Origin: Pseudomonadota bacterium
GTDB taxonomy: Bacteria; Bdellovibrionota; UBA1018
Assembly: GCA_027485695.1 (NCBI GenBank)
Contig: JAIXQO010000002.1
Location: 602,006 to 666,005, forward strand
Direction of reading: 5' to 3'
DNA length: 64,000 nucleotides
The notes under the pieces are model-generated. The model saw nothing but the letters and a program-made list of their open reading frames with translations, was not told where the DNA came from and did no database searches. The translations under genes and the position numbers were made by a program. Positions within the stretch are counted from its first letter, which is position 1. Each line of letters starts with the position of its first letter. Shown here piece after piece: positions 9,491 through 19,469 of this stretch.

Positions 9491-10617
9491 TTACTTTTCC
9501 GTTTCAGGCGGTCAAATGCTTTCCAGGCTTTTTCGTTCTCGCTTCGCGTACCGATCGAAATACGAAGCAGATCATGGAGTCCGTAGTTTGCGACCGGACG
9601 GAGAATCACGCCCTCTCTCAGGCAGTGATTGAACAGCTCCACACCGCTCATACCGAATCCAATTTTCGCATTCACTAAGAGAAAATTTCCTTGGGACGGA
9701 TAGAAAGGAACTTTCCAACCTTCCAGTTTTTTCTCCCAAGCCTTGCGTTCCCGAACGTTCAAAGAGAACGCCTTCTTGACGAACGCACGGTCCTGAAGCG
9801 CAGCCTCAGCTGCAATGAGCGCTAGCGAGTTCGAATTGAACGGCTGTCGTGCGCGCTCGATCATCGCGAAGATCGACGGATGCCCGACCGCGTAGCCAAT
9901 TCGAAGACCGGCCAGACCGTAAATTTTAGAGAAAGTTCTGAGCAAGACGACATGATCGAACGCCGGATAGAGTTTCTCAGGCGGAGTAAGGTCTTGAGCC
10001 GTGACGTATTCCCAATAGGCGTAATCCAGAACGACGATCATCCCCTCGCGCGCCTCTTTGATGCGTTTGACGAGTTTCAAGAGGTCTGAATTCGGAAGAT
10101 AAGTGCCGGTTGGATTGTTTGGGTTCGCCAAGAACACGAGTTTCGCGTCGGGGTTGTCACGAACGAGTTTTACGATCGCATCCGAATCCGGAACCAGATT
10201 CTCATCGAGACGTGCCTTCAGTGTTCGAACGCCCTGCACCTGAGCGCAGACTTCGTAAGCGACGAATGCGGCGTCCGTCGTGATGATCGCTTCACCCGGT
10301 TTACAAAAACAACGAATGATCAAATCGATCACGTCATTTGAACCATTACCGATGAGGAGTTCTTCGCGTTTACGTCCCAGGAATTTAGCGAGCGCGGATT
10401 TCAAAGCAAACGCGGATGCGTCTGGGTAACGATGCAGTTCGGAGAGACCTTTTTTGATCGCCTTGATCGCTTTGGGACTGGAGCCAAGCGGGTTTTCGTT
10501 CGATGCGAGTTTAACAACGGACTTGAGTCCGAACTCTCGCTTGGTTTCCTCGATCGGCTTGCCGGGAACATAAGGAACGAGTTTTTGAATATGATCAGGG
10601 AAATTTTTTGAATACAT
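9487..10617 (-). CDS. hisC: histidinol-phosphate aminotransferase
   Basis: KLASNENPLG, GNGSND, ANPNNPTG, RTFSKIYGLAGLRIGY; probable start MYSKN at 10617. Confidence 0.92.
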   Translation of the reverse strand: MYSKNFPDHIQKLVPYVPGKPIEETKREFGLKSVVKLASNENPLGSSPKAIKAIKKGLSELHRYPDASAFALKSALAKFLGRKREELLIGNGSNDVIDLIIRCFCKPGEAIITTDAAFVAYEVCAQVQGVRTLKARLDENLVPDSDAIVKLVRDNPDAKLVFLANPNNPTGTYLPNSDLLKLVKRIKEAREGMIVVLDYAYWEYVTAQDLTPPEKLYPAFDHVVLLRTFSKIYGLAGLRIGYAVGHPSIFAMIERARQPFNSNSLALIAAEAALQDRAFVKKAFSLNVRERKAWEKKLEGWKVPFYPSQGNFLLVNAKIGFGMSGVELFNHCLREGVILRPVANYGLHDLLRISIGTRSENEKAWKAFDRLKRKSK

Positions 10618-10705
10618 CGGGTTGCCTCGCACGGAAATGCTCGCTTCACCCGGGCCAGAGTCGAAGGGCAAAGGCCCGCCGAGCGAAGGATTTTCAGTCC
10701 TTCGA

Positions 10706-11278
10706 CTACACCACGGGACGCACTTTGACGCAAGCCGCGCCTACGGAACTCCACTCGTTCGCGGCCCATTCGAGGATTCGTTTAACGAGCGCGTCACGAG
10801 CGTCAACAGTCATGAACTGACTGAGCCCGACCGCATCCACCGGAGCGCCGGCTGGATCCCAGTTCAGACCGAAATGGATCAGTGAAGAAACCGGACTCTG
10901 GGTCACAATAGAGACCGAGAGTTTTTTACCATTCCAGTAGAGGTCATCCCCGGACCGGTCCCATTTTTCACCGGTCGCTTCTTGGACGAACGCGCGCAAC
11001 TGGGCCGCAAAAAGCCGCTGGAAAAAAACGATTTCCCGCAACTCGGTCCCAAAAAACTCTCCCAAGAAATGGATCATACTCGCCGCACGAATCGAGTCCG
11101 AATTGAGACGGTCTTCCCAATCCACCAAGTGATCCGTTTTGACGTCACAAGGGCCGACGAACGCAATCAACGCGTCACCTACTTGTTTATATTGTGAGAG
11201 AATAAAATGCGGGCGAAGCTCTGGACCAAAATAGGCACGGGCTTCGGAAGAAAAATAGGTTTTCAATTCTGTTCTCAT
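10706..11278 (-). CDS. DUF366 family protein (lipoate/biotin ligase-like fold)
   Basis: LRPHF, F.GPCDV, MIHF..E, FQRLF, R.GDDLY..GKKLSVSI.T; coupled to queC stop. Confidence 0.75.
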   Translation of the reverse strand: MRTELKTYFSSEARAYFGPELRPHFILSQYKQVGDALIAFVGPCDVKTDHLVDWEDRLNSDSIRAASMIHFLGEFFGTELREIVFFQRLFAAQLRAFVQEATGEKWDRSGDDLYWNGKKLSVSIVTQSPVSSLIHFGLNWDPAGAPVDAVGLSQFMTVDARDALVKRILEWAANEWSSVGAACVKVRPVV

Positions 11279-11952
11279 CAGAGCACCACTTTTTGGTGAT
11301 TGCAGGCGCGAAGGAAACGTCCGCAAGACTCACATTTTCCGCAAATCTCTGGGCCCGAAAAATAGCAGCTCCACACTTTTTCGAATGGAAACGGTTTTCG
11401 GGTCAAGGCCTTGAGACGAGCAACGATTTCACTCTTGTCGAGCGTCGCCGTAAAAGAATTCACCCTCACGCCCGTTGACGTCGAGTAAGCGAGCGCACGG
11501 GTAGACTGCTCCATGAACTCCACCGTGTTGTCGGGAAAAGTCGTGGCTTCTTCGCGATTGAAACCAACGAGGATTTCGTCAATTTTCTCGCTCTCCGCAA
11601 TGGCGGCTGCAATTTGAATGAAAATTCCATTACGATTCGGCACCCAGACGGCCTTGGCCGATGCTTCGATCGTGGGCATCGTATCCAACTCGCGTTGTTC
11701 GAGCAGCGGAACACTATTCTCTTCGTGGGTCAGAGCGCTGGAACCCAGTTCCTTGAGCCAGGGAATATCTAGCGATTGGTAGTAAGCTCCGTAGTAATCG
11801 GCGAGATCCTGAGCTGCACGACGCTCGGATTCGCTCGCACGCTGCCCATAAAAAAGCTGAAGCGCTGAAATACGGTGTCCAGCCTCATAGGCCAACGCCA
11901 GGTTCGCTGCGGAATCGAGTCCCCCTGAAAGCAAAACCAAAGACGATTTCAT
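11278..11952 (-). CDS. queC: 7-cyano-7-deazaguanine synthase
   Basis: LLSGGLDS, YGQR, VWVPNRN, FPDN, SCY..CGKCESC zinc motif. Confidence 0.93.
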   Translation of the reverse strand: MKSSLVLLSGGLDSAANLALAYEAGHRISALQLFYGQRASESERRAAQDLADYYGAYYQSLDIPWLKELGSSALTHEENSVPLLEQRELDTMPTIEASAKAVWVPNRNGIFIQIAAAIAESEKIDEILVGFNREEATTFPDNTVEFMEQSTRALAYSTSTGVRVNSFTATLDKSEIVARLKALTRKPFPFEKVWSCYFSGPEICGKCESCGRFLRACNHQKVVL

Positions 11953-12602
11953 ATGGAGCGCTTGCCTCCGTAGATCACCGATTTACGCATGACTCGTCGG
12001 TAGTACACCGCCGTCTCGCTTGGCTGGTAGCCAGGCCGAGAGCGAACTTCATTAAATCGCGCCGGACCGATCAGATAGGCCGCGAGCCAATGAAATGCTT
12101 GCTCCTCGCCATACTGCGCACGGAGGTGATCGAGATAGTACAACGCGATCCGAAGATTCTGCCACGGATCCAAAAGATTCATGCTGAGGGGACGCTCTTC
12201 GGGAGGAATCCATTTCAGGACCGCCCGCGCGGTTGCCGGGCGCACCTGAAGCAGTCCTTGGGCCCCCACTCGGCTGACTGCATTTGGATTGAATGAACTC
12301 TCAACATCGACCAGACCTAAAATCAGAAATGGATCGAATCCATGCCGCTCGCATTCGGCGACAAAAAAACGTGAAAAAACCGGAACGGCGTGGGCAAAGG
12401 CTGGCAGAGCCGCCCACTTGTCTCGAAAAATATGCTCCACACGCGCGCGTTTTTGATTAATCTGCGGCGATTGAATCATCCGGGTGAGTCCGGAATCGCT
12501 CTCCCAAACTAAACCGAGCGCCGATCCCAGCATGATTCCCCAGAATGAAAGACGGTGCCATTGGTACTTAAAGAGACGTGCCACTAAGCGGTCCCTCCCC
12601 AA
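11949..12602 (-). CDS. soluble lytic transglycosylase (SLT domain)
   Basis: VESSFNPNAVS.VGAQGLLQV, NL...YL, AAY..GP. Confidence 0.85.
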   Translation of the reverse strand: MGRDRLVARLFKYQWHRLSFWGIMLGSALGLVWESDSGLTRMIQSPQINQKRARVEHIFRDKWAALPAFAHAVPVFSRFFVAECERHGFDPFLILGLVDVESSFNPNAVSRVGAQGLLQVRPATARAVLKWIPPEERPLSMNLLDPWQNLRIALYYLDHLRAQYGEEQAFHWLAAYLIGPARFNEVRSRPGYQPSETAVYYRRVMRKSVIYGGKRSI

Positions 12603-13063
12603 GTGGAAAGGGTGAGTTTCATCTGGAAGGCGTCTTCGCCATCCGAATAAAACGACTTACGGGTCTGAAGGACCTCGAAACCGCATTTTTGGTAAAGGCT
12701 GATCGCAGAAGAATTCGATACCCGAACTTCGAGCATGACCTGGAGCCGATCAGTCTTGAGTCCATGCTGAATCATCGCGCGAACCAGGCGTTCACCCAAA
12801 CCGATACCACGGTAAGGAAGATCGACGGCAACGTTCAGCAGCTCGATGGTCTCGCCCAGCTCCCAAAACACGATATAGCCCGTCAGTACCTGATCCGTCT
12901 CATCATCGGTCAAAACCCAAAGGTGGCTGTATGGCTTATCTACCTCGGCTTGGAACTGAGCTTCAGTCCAAGGCTGACGGTGAACGCGTTTTTCGATGGC
13001 AGCAATCGCCAAAAGTTCATCCGCCGCAATGGGGCGAAGACTCAGTACCGGATCATTTTCCAT
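12584..13063 (-). CDS. rimI: ribosomal-protein-alanine N-acetyltransferase
   Basis: PW, ELLNVAV..YRGIGLG, LEVRVSN..AI.LY.K.GF, RK.FY.DGEDA. Confidence 0.88.
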   Translation of the reverse strand: MENDPVLSLRPIAADELLAIAAIEKRVHRQPWTEAQFQAEVDKPYSHLWVLTDDETDQVLTGYIVFWELGETIELLNVAVDLPYRGIGLGERLVRAMIQHGLKTDRLQVMLEVRVSNSSAISLYQKCGFEVLQTRKSFYSDGEDAFQMKLTLSTWGGTA

Positions 13064-13324
13064 GAGCGCCTGACACTAGCAGTGAGGTGCGCCTAAGTAA
13101 ACCTGGGTGCGTCATAAGCCCGAGCTTTACTGGTCAGAATTTAAATGGATCGAATTCATTCAACACACCAGAATGCGAACACCCCATTTGCCACCTCCGC
13201 TGATATCCCGTGAAAACTATTCATCGAAACCGAAGTCGGTCACTCGAAGGGCACCGATCGCAACCCCGGTTCTCAACGGAGTCCACTGAGGTAGCCCCCC
13301 TGCTCGACTGGATGCAAAAATCCC

Positions 13325-14602
13325 TCACTCATCAGCGTAAGTCGTCTCCAGATCAGTCCGTCCATCACTGGTCACGCCCTGCGGCAACCACTGATACTGT
13401 GGCGAAGCTAAATTCCATTCATCATCAGAGAACCGGTACTGCGATTTTCCGATAAAAAGTTTCCAGCTCGTTTCGACAGGACCGTTTTCGCCGAGGATAG
13501 CGGTCACATTCGCAGGTGTTTTGGAACGAAGAACTTGTTGTACTTCTGGCAAACCAAGATCACCCGGCGCTGCGATGACCTGGGAGAACATTCGGGAGCG
13601 AACGTCGATCGACGTCACTTGGTACCGACAAAAACTGGCCCCTAAAACTCCGAGGCATTGTGGAGAAAACTCGAGATCCGTTGGGCCATGGCGCCACCAA
13701 GGAATCGGCAACCCCGACGGCGCCGATAGCCCGAGTTGAAACCGAACTCGCTCCCCCGGATCGATTGTGACGGAAATCCACTGAGTGGTGATTGCTTGGT
13801 CTTGAAATCGCATTTCTCCACTGCCTGATTGGCGCCCGACTCTCAATCGATTGGCCGGAAGCTCCGCCGTCATATAGAACGAACCACGTTTCAACCACTC
13901 GGCACCTCGGAGCCCATAGGCCCACTGTCCGACTTGAGAAACGACGCGGAAAACAGGAATCTCTGAAATCTGAATCCAAACATTCCAAGTAAATCTCGAG
14001 CGATGAGAGAGCGTCATCCAATCTCCATGAAGCGTCCCCGCACGAAGATCATCTCCGAGATTAAAAGGTGTCGCCCCTAGTCGATTTCCGGAGAGTGAGG
14101 TGCTCCCTGACTTTTCAAATATAGGCGCGCGAAATTCGATGGGAAGACTCACGGGATAGTTTTTAAAGGGTCCCCCGACAGAGTCCGGAATTTGAATTTC
14201 TCCAAACCAACCTTTTGAAGTGGGTTTAAATCCGGTCCAAATCGCCCAGCGATCGGCCGAACGCCATTCTACGAGATTTGCACCGGAAACCCAGCGAACG
14301 GGGCGATTTTCACCTTCGATCCAGATCGACAGATCCTCTTGCTCCCCCTGTCGAACGGGGGTTTTCAGATAAAAACCACGTTTTTGATCATACAAAAAAG
14401 AACTCACTGACCCATCCCCTCTTTGGACCCTGAGGTCAAATGGCGAGGGTTCCGAGGGGACTTCCTGCTCCGAGAAGACGGGTTCTATTTGCCTTTGAAC
14501 GGTTTTGGGTTGCCCCACGGGTTTCTGGGGCGCGCAACTGACGAGCATCCAGCAGCCCATGAACCATCCCAGTACTCCAACATTTTTAAGGACATTCTGC
14601 AT
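13325..14602 (-). CDS. hypothetical lipoprotein
   Basis: Long ORF (track start 14671); lipobox LVSC follows MQNVLK start; no family recognised. Confidence 0.6.
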   Translation of the reverse strand: MQNVLKNVGVLGWFMGCWMLVSCAPQKPVGQPKTVQRQIEPVFSEQEVPSEPSPFDLRVQRGDGSVSSFLYDQKRGFYLKTPVRQGEQEDLSIWIEGENRPVRWVSGANLVEWRSADRWAIWTGFKPTSKGWFGEIQIPDSVGGPFKNYPVSLPIEFRAPIFEKSGSTSLSGNRLGATPFNLGDDLRAGTLHGDWMTLSHRSRFTWNVWIQISEIPVFRVVSQVGQWAYGLRGAEWLKRGSFYMTAELPANRLRVGRQSGSGEMRFQDQAITTQWISVTIDPGERVRFQLGLSAPSGLPIPWWRHGPTDLEFSPQCLGVLGASFCRYQVTSIDVRSRMFSQVIAAPGDLGLPEVQQVLRSKTPANVTAILGENGPVETSWKLFIGKSQYRFSDDEWNLASPQYQWLPQGVTSDGRTDLETTYADE

Positions 14603-14669
14603 GTGGAACGCTTTTGCAAGGCCTTGGCCATTCCATTGAAACCGCCTCTTGGTGTAGAGTCTGAGTCTC

Positions 14670-16466
14670 ATGAGCTCTCAAAATATGAATGCTGAAGATT
14701 TTAACGAACCAGAAATCCACTCGCGCGTCGATACGATCCGTCACTCCTGCGCGCATATCATGGCCCACGCGGTCCAGAAGCTGTACCCAACTGCGCAATT
14801 CGGGATCGGCCCGACGATTGAAAACGGCTTTTATTACGACATGGAACTTCCGGCCACCCTCACTCCCGAAGATCTCCCGAAGATCGAAGCCGAGATGAAA
14901 AAAATCATCGCTTCCAAGGCTCCATTCATTCGCACCGAGCATTCGATCGCCGAAGCGCGCGAAAAATTCAAATCTCTGAATCAACGATTCAAGATCGAAA
15001 TCATCGATACGCTCGCCGCGACGGGCGCCACGTCGGTCTCTACTTACGGCGAGGGTGACTTCGTTGACCTTTGCCGCGGCCCACACGTCTCCAACACGAG
15101 CGAAATCCCGGCGTTCAAACTGATGAGCATCGCCGGCGCTTACTGGCGCGGCAAAGAAACGAACCCGCAGCTCCAGCGCATTTACGGGATCGCGTTCGAA
15201 ACGCAGGCCGAAGTCGACGAATACCTGCACATGATCGAAGAAGCCAAGAAACGCGACCACCGCAAACTCGGCAAGGAACTCGATCTGTTCAGCTTTATTC
15301 CCGAAGCGCCGTCGTCGCCGTTCTTCCACCCAAAAGGCACGATCATCTACAACCGCCTCGTTCAATACATGCGTGACCTCTACGTCCCGTATGACTACCA
15401 AGAAGTCATCACGCCGCAGATCATGGACGTTGCCCTCTGGCACAAGTCTGGTCACTACGACAACTACCGCGAGAGCATGTACTTCACGAAGATCGACGAG
15501 CGCGAGTTTGCGGTGAAACCGATGAACTGCCCGGGCCACACCTACATCTACGCGTCCTCCAAGCGTTCGTATCGCGATCTTCCGATCCGAATGGCGGATT
15601 TCGGCCGTCTTCACCGCTACGAGAAATCGGGCGTGACTGCCGGATTGACCCGGGTTCGCACGTTCTGCCAAGACGACGCACACATTTTCTGCCGTCCAGA
15701 CCAGATCGAAGTCGAGATCGGCAAAGTCGTTGAGATGATCTTGAATACCTACGAACTATTCGAATTCACGGATGTCGAGATTAACCTCTCCACGCGCCCC
15801 GAAAAACGCGTGGGCTCCGAAGAACTCTGGGACCATGCCGAGAGTACGCTCGAACAAGTTCTCAAGAAACTCGGCCGCCCATACGCGATCAACAAAGGCG
15901 ATGGCGCCTTCTACGGTCCTAAGATCGATTTCCGCGTTTCCGATGCGCTGAAACGTAAACATCAGCTGGGTACGATTCAGCTCGATTTCTCGATGCCGGA
16001 ACGTTTCGGCCTGGAATATACGGACAGCGACAACACACCAAAACGCCCAGTCATGGTTCACCGTGCAGTTCTCGGAAGCCTCGAGCGTTTCATGGGCATC
16101 TTGATCGAGCACGTGGCCGGAGCATTCCCATTCTGGCTTGCACCAGTCCAGGCTCGTATCGTTCCGATCAAGGAACCGCACGTGGGTTACGCGAAGGAAT
16201 TTGCAGCCGAACTGCGCGCTCTCGGTATTCGCGTCGACATCGATGATCGTAATGAATCGATGGGACTCAAAACCCGCGAAGCTCAAATGGCGAAAATTCC
16301 GTTTTCGCTTGCCGCCGGCGATCGCGAGATCGAAGCAGGCGCACTCGCGCTCCGTAAATACGGCGAACGTGAAATGAAAGTCATGTCCAAGGCCGACATC
16401 GTTGAATTCTTCAAGCAGTTGAACGCTGTACCTCAAGCCGTTGCTGCGAAGATGAAACATGTCTAA
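14670..16466 (+). CDS. thrS: threonine--tRNA ligase (lacks N-terminal TGS domain)
   Basis: RHSCAH, DLCRGPH, RDHRKLG, KPMNCPGH, GAFYGPKID, TIQLDF, HRA.LGS.ERF. Confidence 0.98.
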   Translation: MSSQNMNAEDFNEPEIHSRVDTIRHSCAHIMAHAVQKLYPTAQFGIGPTIENGFYYDMELPATLTPEDLPKIEAEMKKIIASKAPFIRTEHSIAEAREKFKSLNQRFKIEIIDTLAATGATSVSTYGEGDFVDLCRGPHVSNTSEIPAFKLMSIAGAYWRGKETNPQLQRIYGIAFETQAEVDEYLHMIEEAKKRDHRKLGKELDLFSFIPEAPSSPFFHPKGTIIYNRLVQYMRDLYVPYDYQEVITPQIMDVALWHKSGHYDNYRESMYFTKIDEREFAVKPMNCPGHTYIYASSKRSYRDLPIRMADFGRLHRYEKSGVTAGLTRVRTFCQDDAHIFCRPDQIEVEIGKVVEMILNTYELFEFTDVEINLSTRPEKRVGSEELWDHAESTLEQVLKKLGRPYAINKGDGAFYGPKIDFRVSDALKRKHQLGTIQLDFSMPERFGLEYTDSDNTPKRPVMVHRAVLGSLERFMGILIEHVAGAFPFWLAPVQARIVPIKEPHVGYAKEFAAELRALGIRVDIDDRNESMGLKTREAQMAKIPFSLAAGDREIEAGALALRKYGEREMKVMSKADIVEFFKQLNAVPQAVAAKMKHV

Positions 16467-17916
16467 ACAAAGAAACGGTCATCGAAGCGCAGTCATTTTC
16501 GACGTCCTTTACGGATTCATCCCGATCACCGAATGGGAAGAACAGATCATTAACTCGCCGTTCTTCCAGCGCTTGCGCTGGGTGAAGCAGCTGGGTTTTT
16601 CGAACTATATTTTCCCGGGCGCCGAGCACAATCGTTTTGCGCACGTGATCGGCGTCATGCACTCGATGGAGCAAATGCTCCAGTCATTGGGTCTGGCAGT
16701 TCCGCAGGCGGAACTTTTCGATCCGAAGGCTCGGAGCGAGGCCGCGATTCTTCATAAGAGCTTGCGGATTGCGGCACTCCTCCATGATCTGGGCACGTTT
16801 CCGTTTAGTCACGCGATTGAATACGCTTACATGCGCCACGGCAATGCTTCGCGGTCCACTCGATCGACCAAAGACGGCAAAGTCAAAGCCGCCAAGACGC
16901 TTTCGAACAATCACGAACATCTCGGCGCGTTCATCATCAAGAATACGAACTACGACGGCGGCATTACGCAGATCCTCGAGAAGTACTACCTCGATGTGAA
17001 CATGATCTCCAAAATCATCAAAGGCGAGTCCCCGTACCTCGTCGCGAACTCCCTCATGCATTCGGACCTCGACGCCGACCGCATGGACTACTTGCTGCGC
17101 GATGCGCACTATACGGGAATGAAATACGGTCAATTCGACCGCGATTACATCTTAGCAAACTTGGTGACGTTCGATGCCGGAAACGGACAACAGGGATTCG
17201 GTGTTCGTGAAAACGCCGCTCATGCCGTAGAGGATTTCCTGATCGCTCGTTTCTCTTGGTACTCGCAAGTAATCAAGAACCAGGCTTCGGCGAAATTCGA
17301 CATCATGTCGAGCCACATCGCCAAGAGCTTCTTAGAACACGATCTACTCTATCAATTCCCGGATCTTCTGACCTTTGTTGAGAAACGTGACGAGCGTTTC
17401 TTCTTCTGGAACGACATCTACTTCATGAATCGTTGCCAAGAGATCCACCTCAAAAAATCGATCAAGGATCATAAGACTCGCGAGCTGACCGAGATGCTGC
17501 TCTACCGTCGAGCCCCGAAGACGCTTCATCATCCGCTGTTCGAGCATCGGATCTTACGGGATGGCGTCGACGACAAGGAAAAACTCCTCAAGCGCATCCA
17601 TGAGTTTGTGGCTGAGCTCCAGCACACGCTCAAGAAACACGGCACCGGACGCGAATGGATCTTGGTCGATATCCCTGAAAAAGACGTCGTGTTCACCAAG
17701 AACCCGCTTCTCAAGCACAAGAAACACATGAATCCCTCGCTCTATACGGACAGCGACACCGTCAAGATCATCGATCGAAAGGGAAATCCATCGATCCTGC
17801 CGGAGCGCGAGAACTCACTCATGAAGCACCTCTCCGGATTCATCAATTTCGTGCCGAGCGTTTATGCGAATGATCAGGCGTTGAGTCTGCTCCGCAAGAA
17901 AAAGCTCATTGGCTGA
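16459..17916 (+). CDS. HD-domain phosphohydrolase (SAMHD1/YdhJ-like dNTPase family)
   Basis: FQRLR.VKQLG, FPGAEHNRF.H, LLHDLG.FPFSH, DADRMDYLLRD. Confidence 0.88.
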   Translation: MSKQRNGHRSAVIFDVLYGFIPITEWEEQIINSPFFQRLRWVKQLGFSNYIFPGAEHNRFAHVIGVMHSMEQMLQSLGLAVPQAELFDPKARSEAAILHKSLRIAALLHDLGTFPFSHAIEYAYMRHGNASRSTRSTKDGKVKAAKTLSNNHEHLGAFIIKNTNYDGGITQILEKYYLDVNMISKIIKGESPYLVANSLMHSDLDADRMDYLLRDAHYTGMKYGQFDRDYILANLVTFDAGNGQQGFGVRENAAHAVEDFLIARFSWYSQVIKNQASAKFDIMSSHIAKSFLEHDLLYQFPDLLTFVEKRDERFFFWNDIYFMNRCQEIHLKKSIKDHKTRELTEMLLYRRAPKTLHHPLFEHRILRDGVDDKEKLLKRIHEFVAELQHTLKKHGTGREWILVDIPEKDVVFTKNPLLKHKKHMNPSLYTDSDTVKIIDRKGNPSILPERENSLMKHLSGFINFVPSVYANDQALSLLRKKKLIG

Positions 17917-17927
17917 TTTCGGGGCTT

Positions 17928-18539
17928 TTAACTCGTCAGGCAGCAACTCAAAATCGCGACGATCAGAATCACGAGTTCTTTGAGGGTCGGTGTCTTTCGA
18001 TATTTGTATACGTTCTGACTATAAGGAACTTGTTTGATATCGATCGATGCACCGGGGTTTAAAACTCGATATAACATCGCAAGATCCATAAGCTGACTTT
18101 GTATACTGTCGACGTGTCGAACGACCTCTTGCGTTTGAAAAGTGCGGCCGTCTTTGAGGTAAATTGAAAATACTACCCAGCCGTCTTCGCCCAAAATCCA
18201 CCTCGCAAACCCGCTCGATTTGCTATTTCCTGGGGGAGTTGCGAAATGAATCGATCGAATCTCTGCCAGTGGAATGCTGACTATATCTCTAGCGCCGAGT
18301 AAGGCGCTCTCCAGATAAACGAGGGCATTTCCTTGAACTTTCAGCGCGAACGATCCCAATAGCCGTTTTAAAAACTTGAACAAGATCAAACTAAAACAAA
18401 CAGCGCAAAAGGCTCGAAAAAATCCGCCCTGATAGAAAATAGTCTGATGGAGAGCCGAAAAGACGGCAGAGACCGCTAAACAAACTGCGAGCGAGCGAAA
18501 ACCTTTTTGAATTCCCCACGGAGCCGGTTTTTGCAGCAT
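17928..18539 (-). CDS. hypothetical membrane protein
   Basis: 203-aa ORF with N- and C-terminal hydrophobic segments. Confidence 0.5.
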   Translation of the reverse strand: MLQKPAPWGIQKGFRSLAVCLAVSAVFSALHQTIFYQGGFFRAFCAVCFSLILFKFLKRLLGSFALKVQGNALVYLESALLGARDIVSIPLAEIRSIHFATPPGNSKSSGFARWILGEDGWVVFSIYLKDGRTFQTQEVVRHVDSIQSQLMDLAMLYRVLNPGASIDIKQVPYSQNVYKYRKTPTLKELVILIVAILSCCLTS

Positions 18540-18561
18540 AACTCAAGCGCCCTCGCTCTTT

Positions 18562-19350
18562 TTAGTTCCAAGGATAAGCATCGCCGCCATAGAGGCAGTT
18601 CGAACGAGCTTGATCGTTTTTCTGAAGCACGCGGCGAGTCTGCCCTGCACTGCTTGCATCAAACGGATACATGACGGCGTCCTGGTATTCTTGGGTCGGG
18701 TTACTTCCGCAACCAACAAACCGGGCGTCGCTCTCGCTCTTGGAGTTACAGCTGTGATCGAGGCCCGCGACGTGACCAAGTTCGTGCACGATGTTCGTCA
18801 CGAGGTCTGGCTGAGGTTTTCCTTCAGCAAAGAAATCTTCGTAGTTAATATCGATGTTCGCGACGTGCATCTCTAAGATAGGATTCGCCGATCGGCGGCA
18901 GTACTCCGTGAACGCGATCGCACTACGTGCGTTGGTGTACGGCCATTTCATATTTTTATAGATGACGACTTCGCCGGTATAAGTCCCGGTGCCATCCACG
19001 ATCGATTTCGAACAAAGCGAAGCAGAGCGATTGAGCGTCGATTGACGAGGACTGTCTTCGGTTCCGATATCAAAAAGATTCACTTTATGGACTTTGAGAA
19101 AAAAACGATTCCAAACGTTTACGGCAAAAACGATCTGCTGCATTTCGGCTTTGGTGAATTGATCAGCGCGAAACGCGACCGGGATCGGAAGCGAACGCCA
19201 ACGTCCCGAGAGACTGCCCAGTTGGTTTTCCGCGATCTCACAGTATGAGATCGACGAGGTCGTGCTCTTCTTAGGCTCGACGCCCGGAAGACAAGACGTC
19301 ACGAGAACGCCTAACAACAAAAATGAGAAGGCCCTTCCACAAACGGACAT
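18562..19350 (-). CDS. matrixin-like (metzincin) metalloprotease lipoprotein
   Basis: Lipobox VTSC; HELGHVAGLDH zinc motif and AVMYP Met-turn. Confidence 0.85.
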   Translation of the reverse strand: MSVCGRAFSFLLLGVLVTSCLPGVEPKKSTTSSISYCEIAENQLGSLSGRWRSLPIPVAFRADQFTKAEMQQIVFAVNVWNRFFLKVHKVNLFDIGTEDSPRQSTLNRSASLCSKSIVDGTGTYTGEVVIYKNMKWPYTNARSAIAFTEYCRRSANPILEMHVANIDINYEDFFAEGKPQPDLVTNIVHELGHVAGLDHSCNSKSESDARFVGCGSNPTQEYQDAVMYPFDASSAGQTRRVLQKNDQARSNCLYGGDAYPWN

Positions 19351-19469
19351 GAATCGGAATCCCCCAAGTACCTTACTATTTTAGTACAATATTGAGTCCT
19401 AAATCATCTTTTTTTAACGCGCCCCGAGAAGTAGGCATGTGTCCAAAAAGACCTCGTATTCAGCTCGTT

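Noticed and set aside
13064-13324. 260-bp gap possibly hiding a small gene or a readthrough of the 13325 ORF
   Set aside because: Minus-strand frames give only short ORFs with no motif; in-frame readthrough stops after about 35 codons
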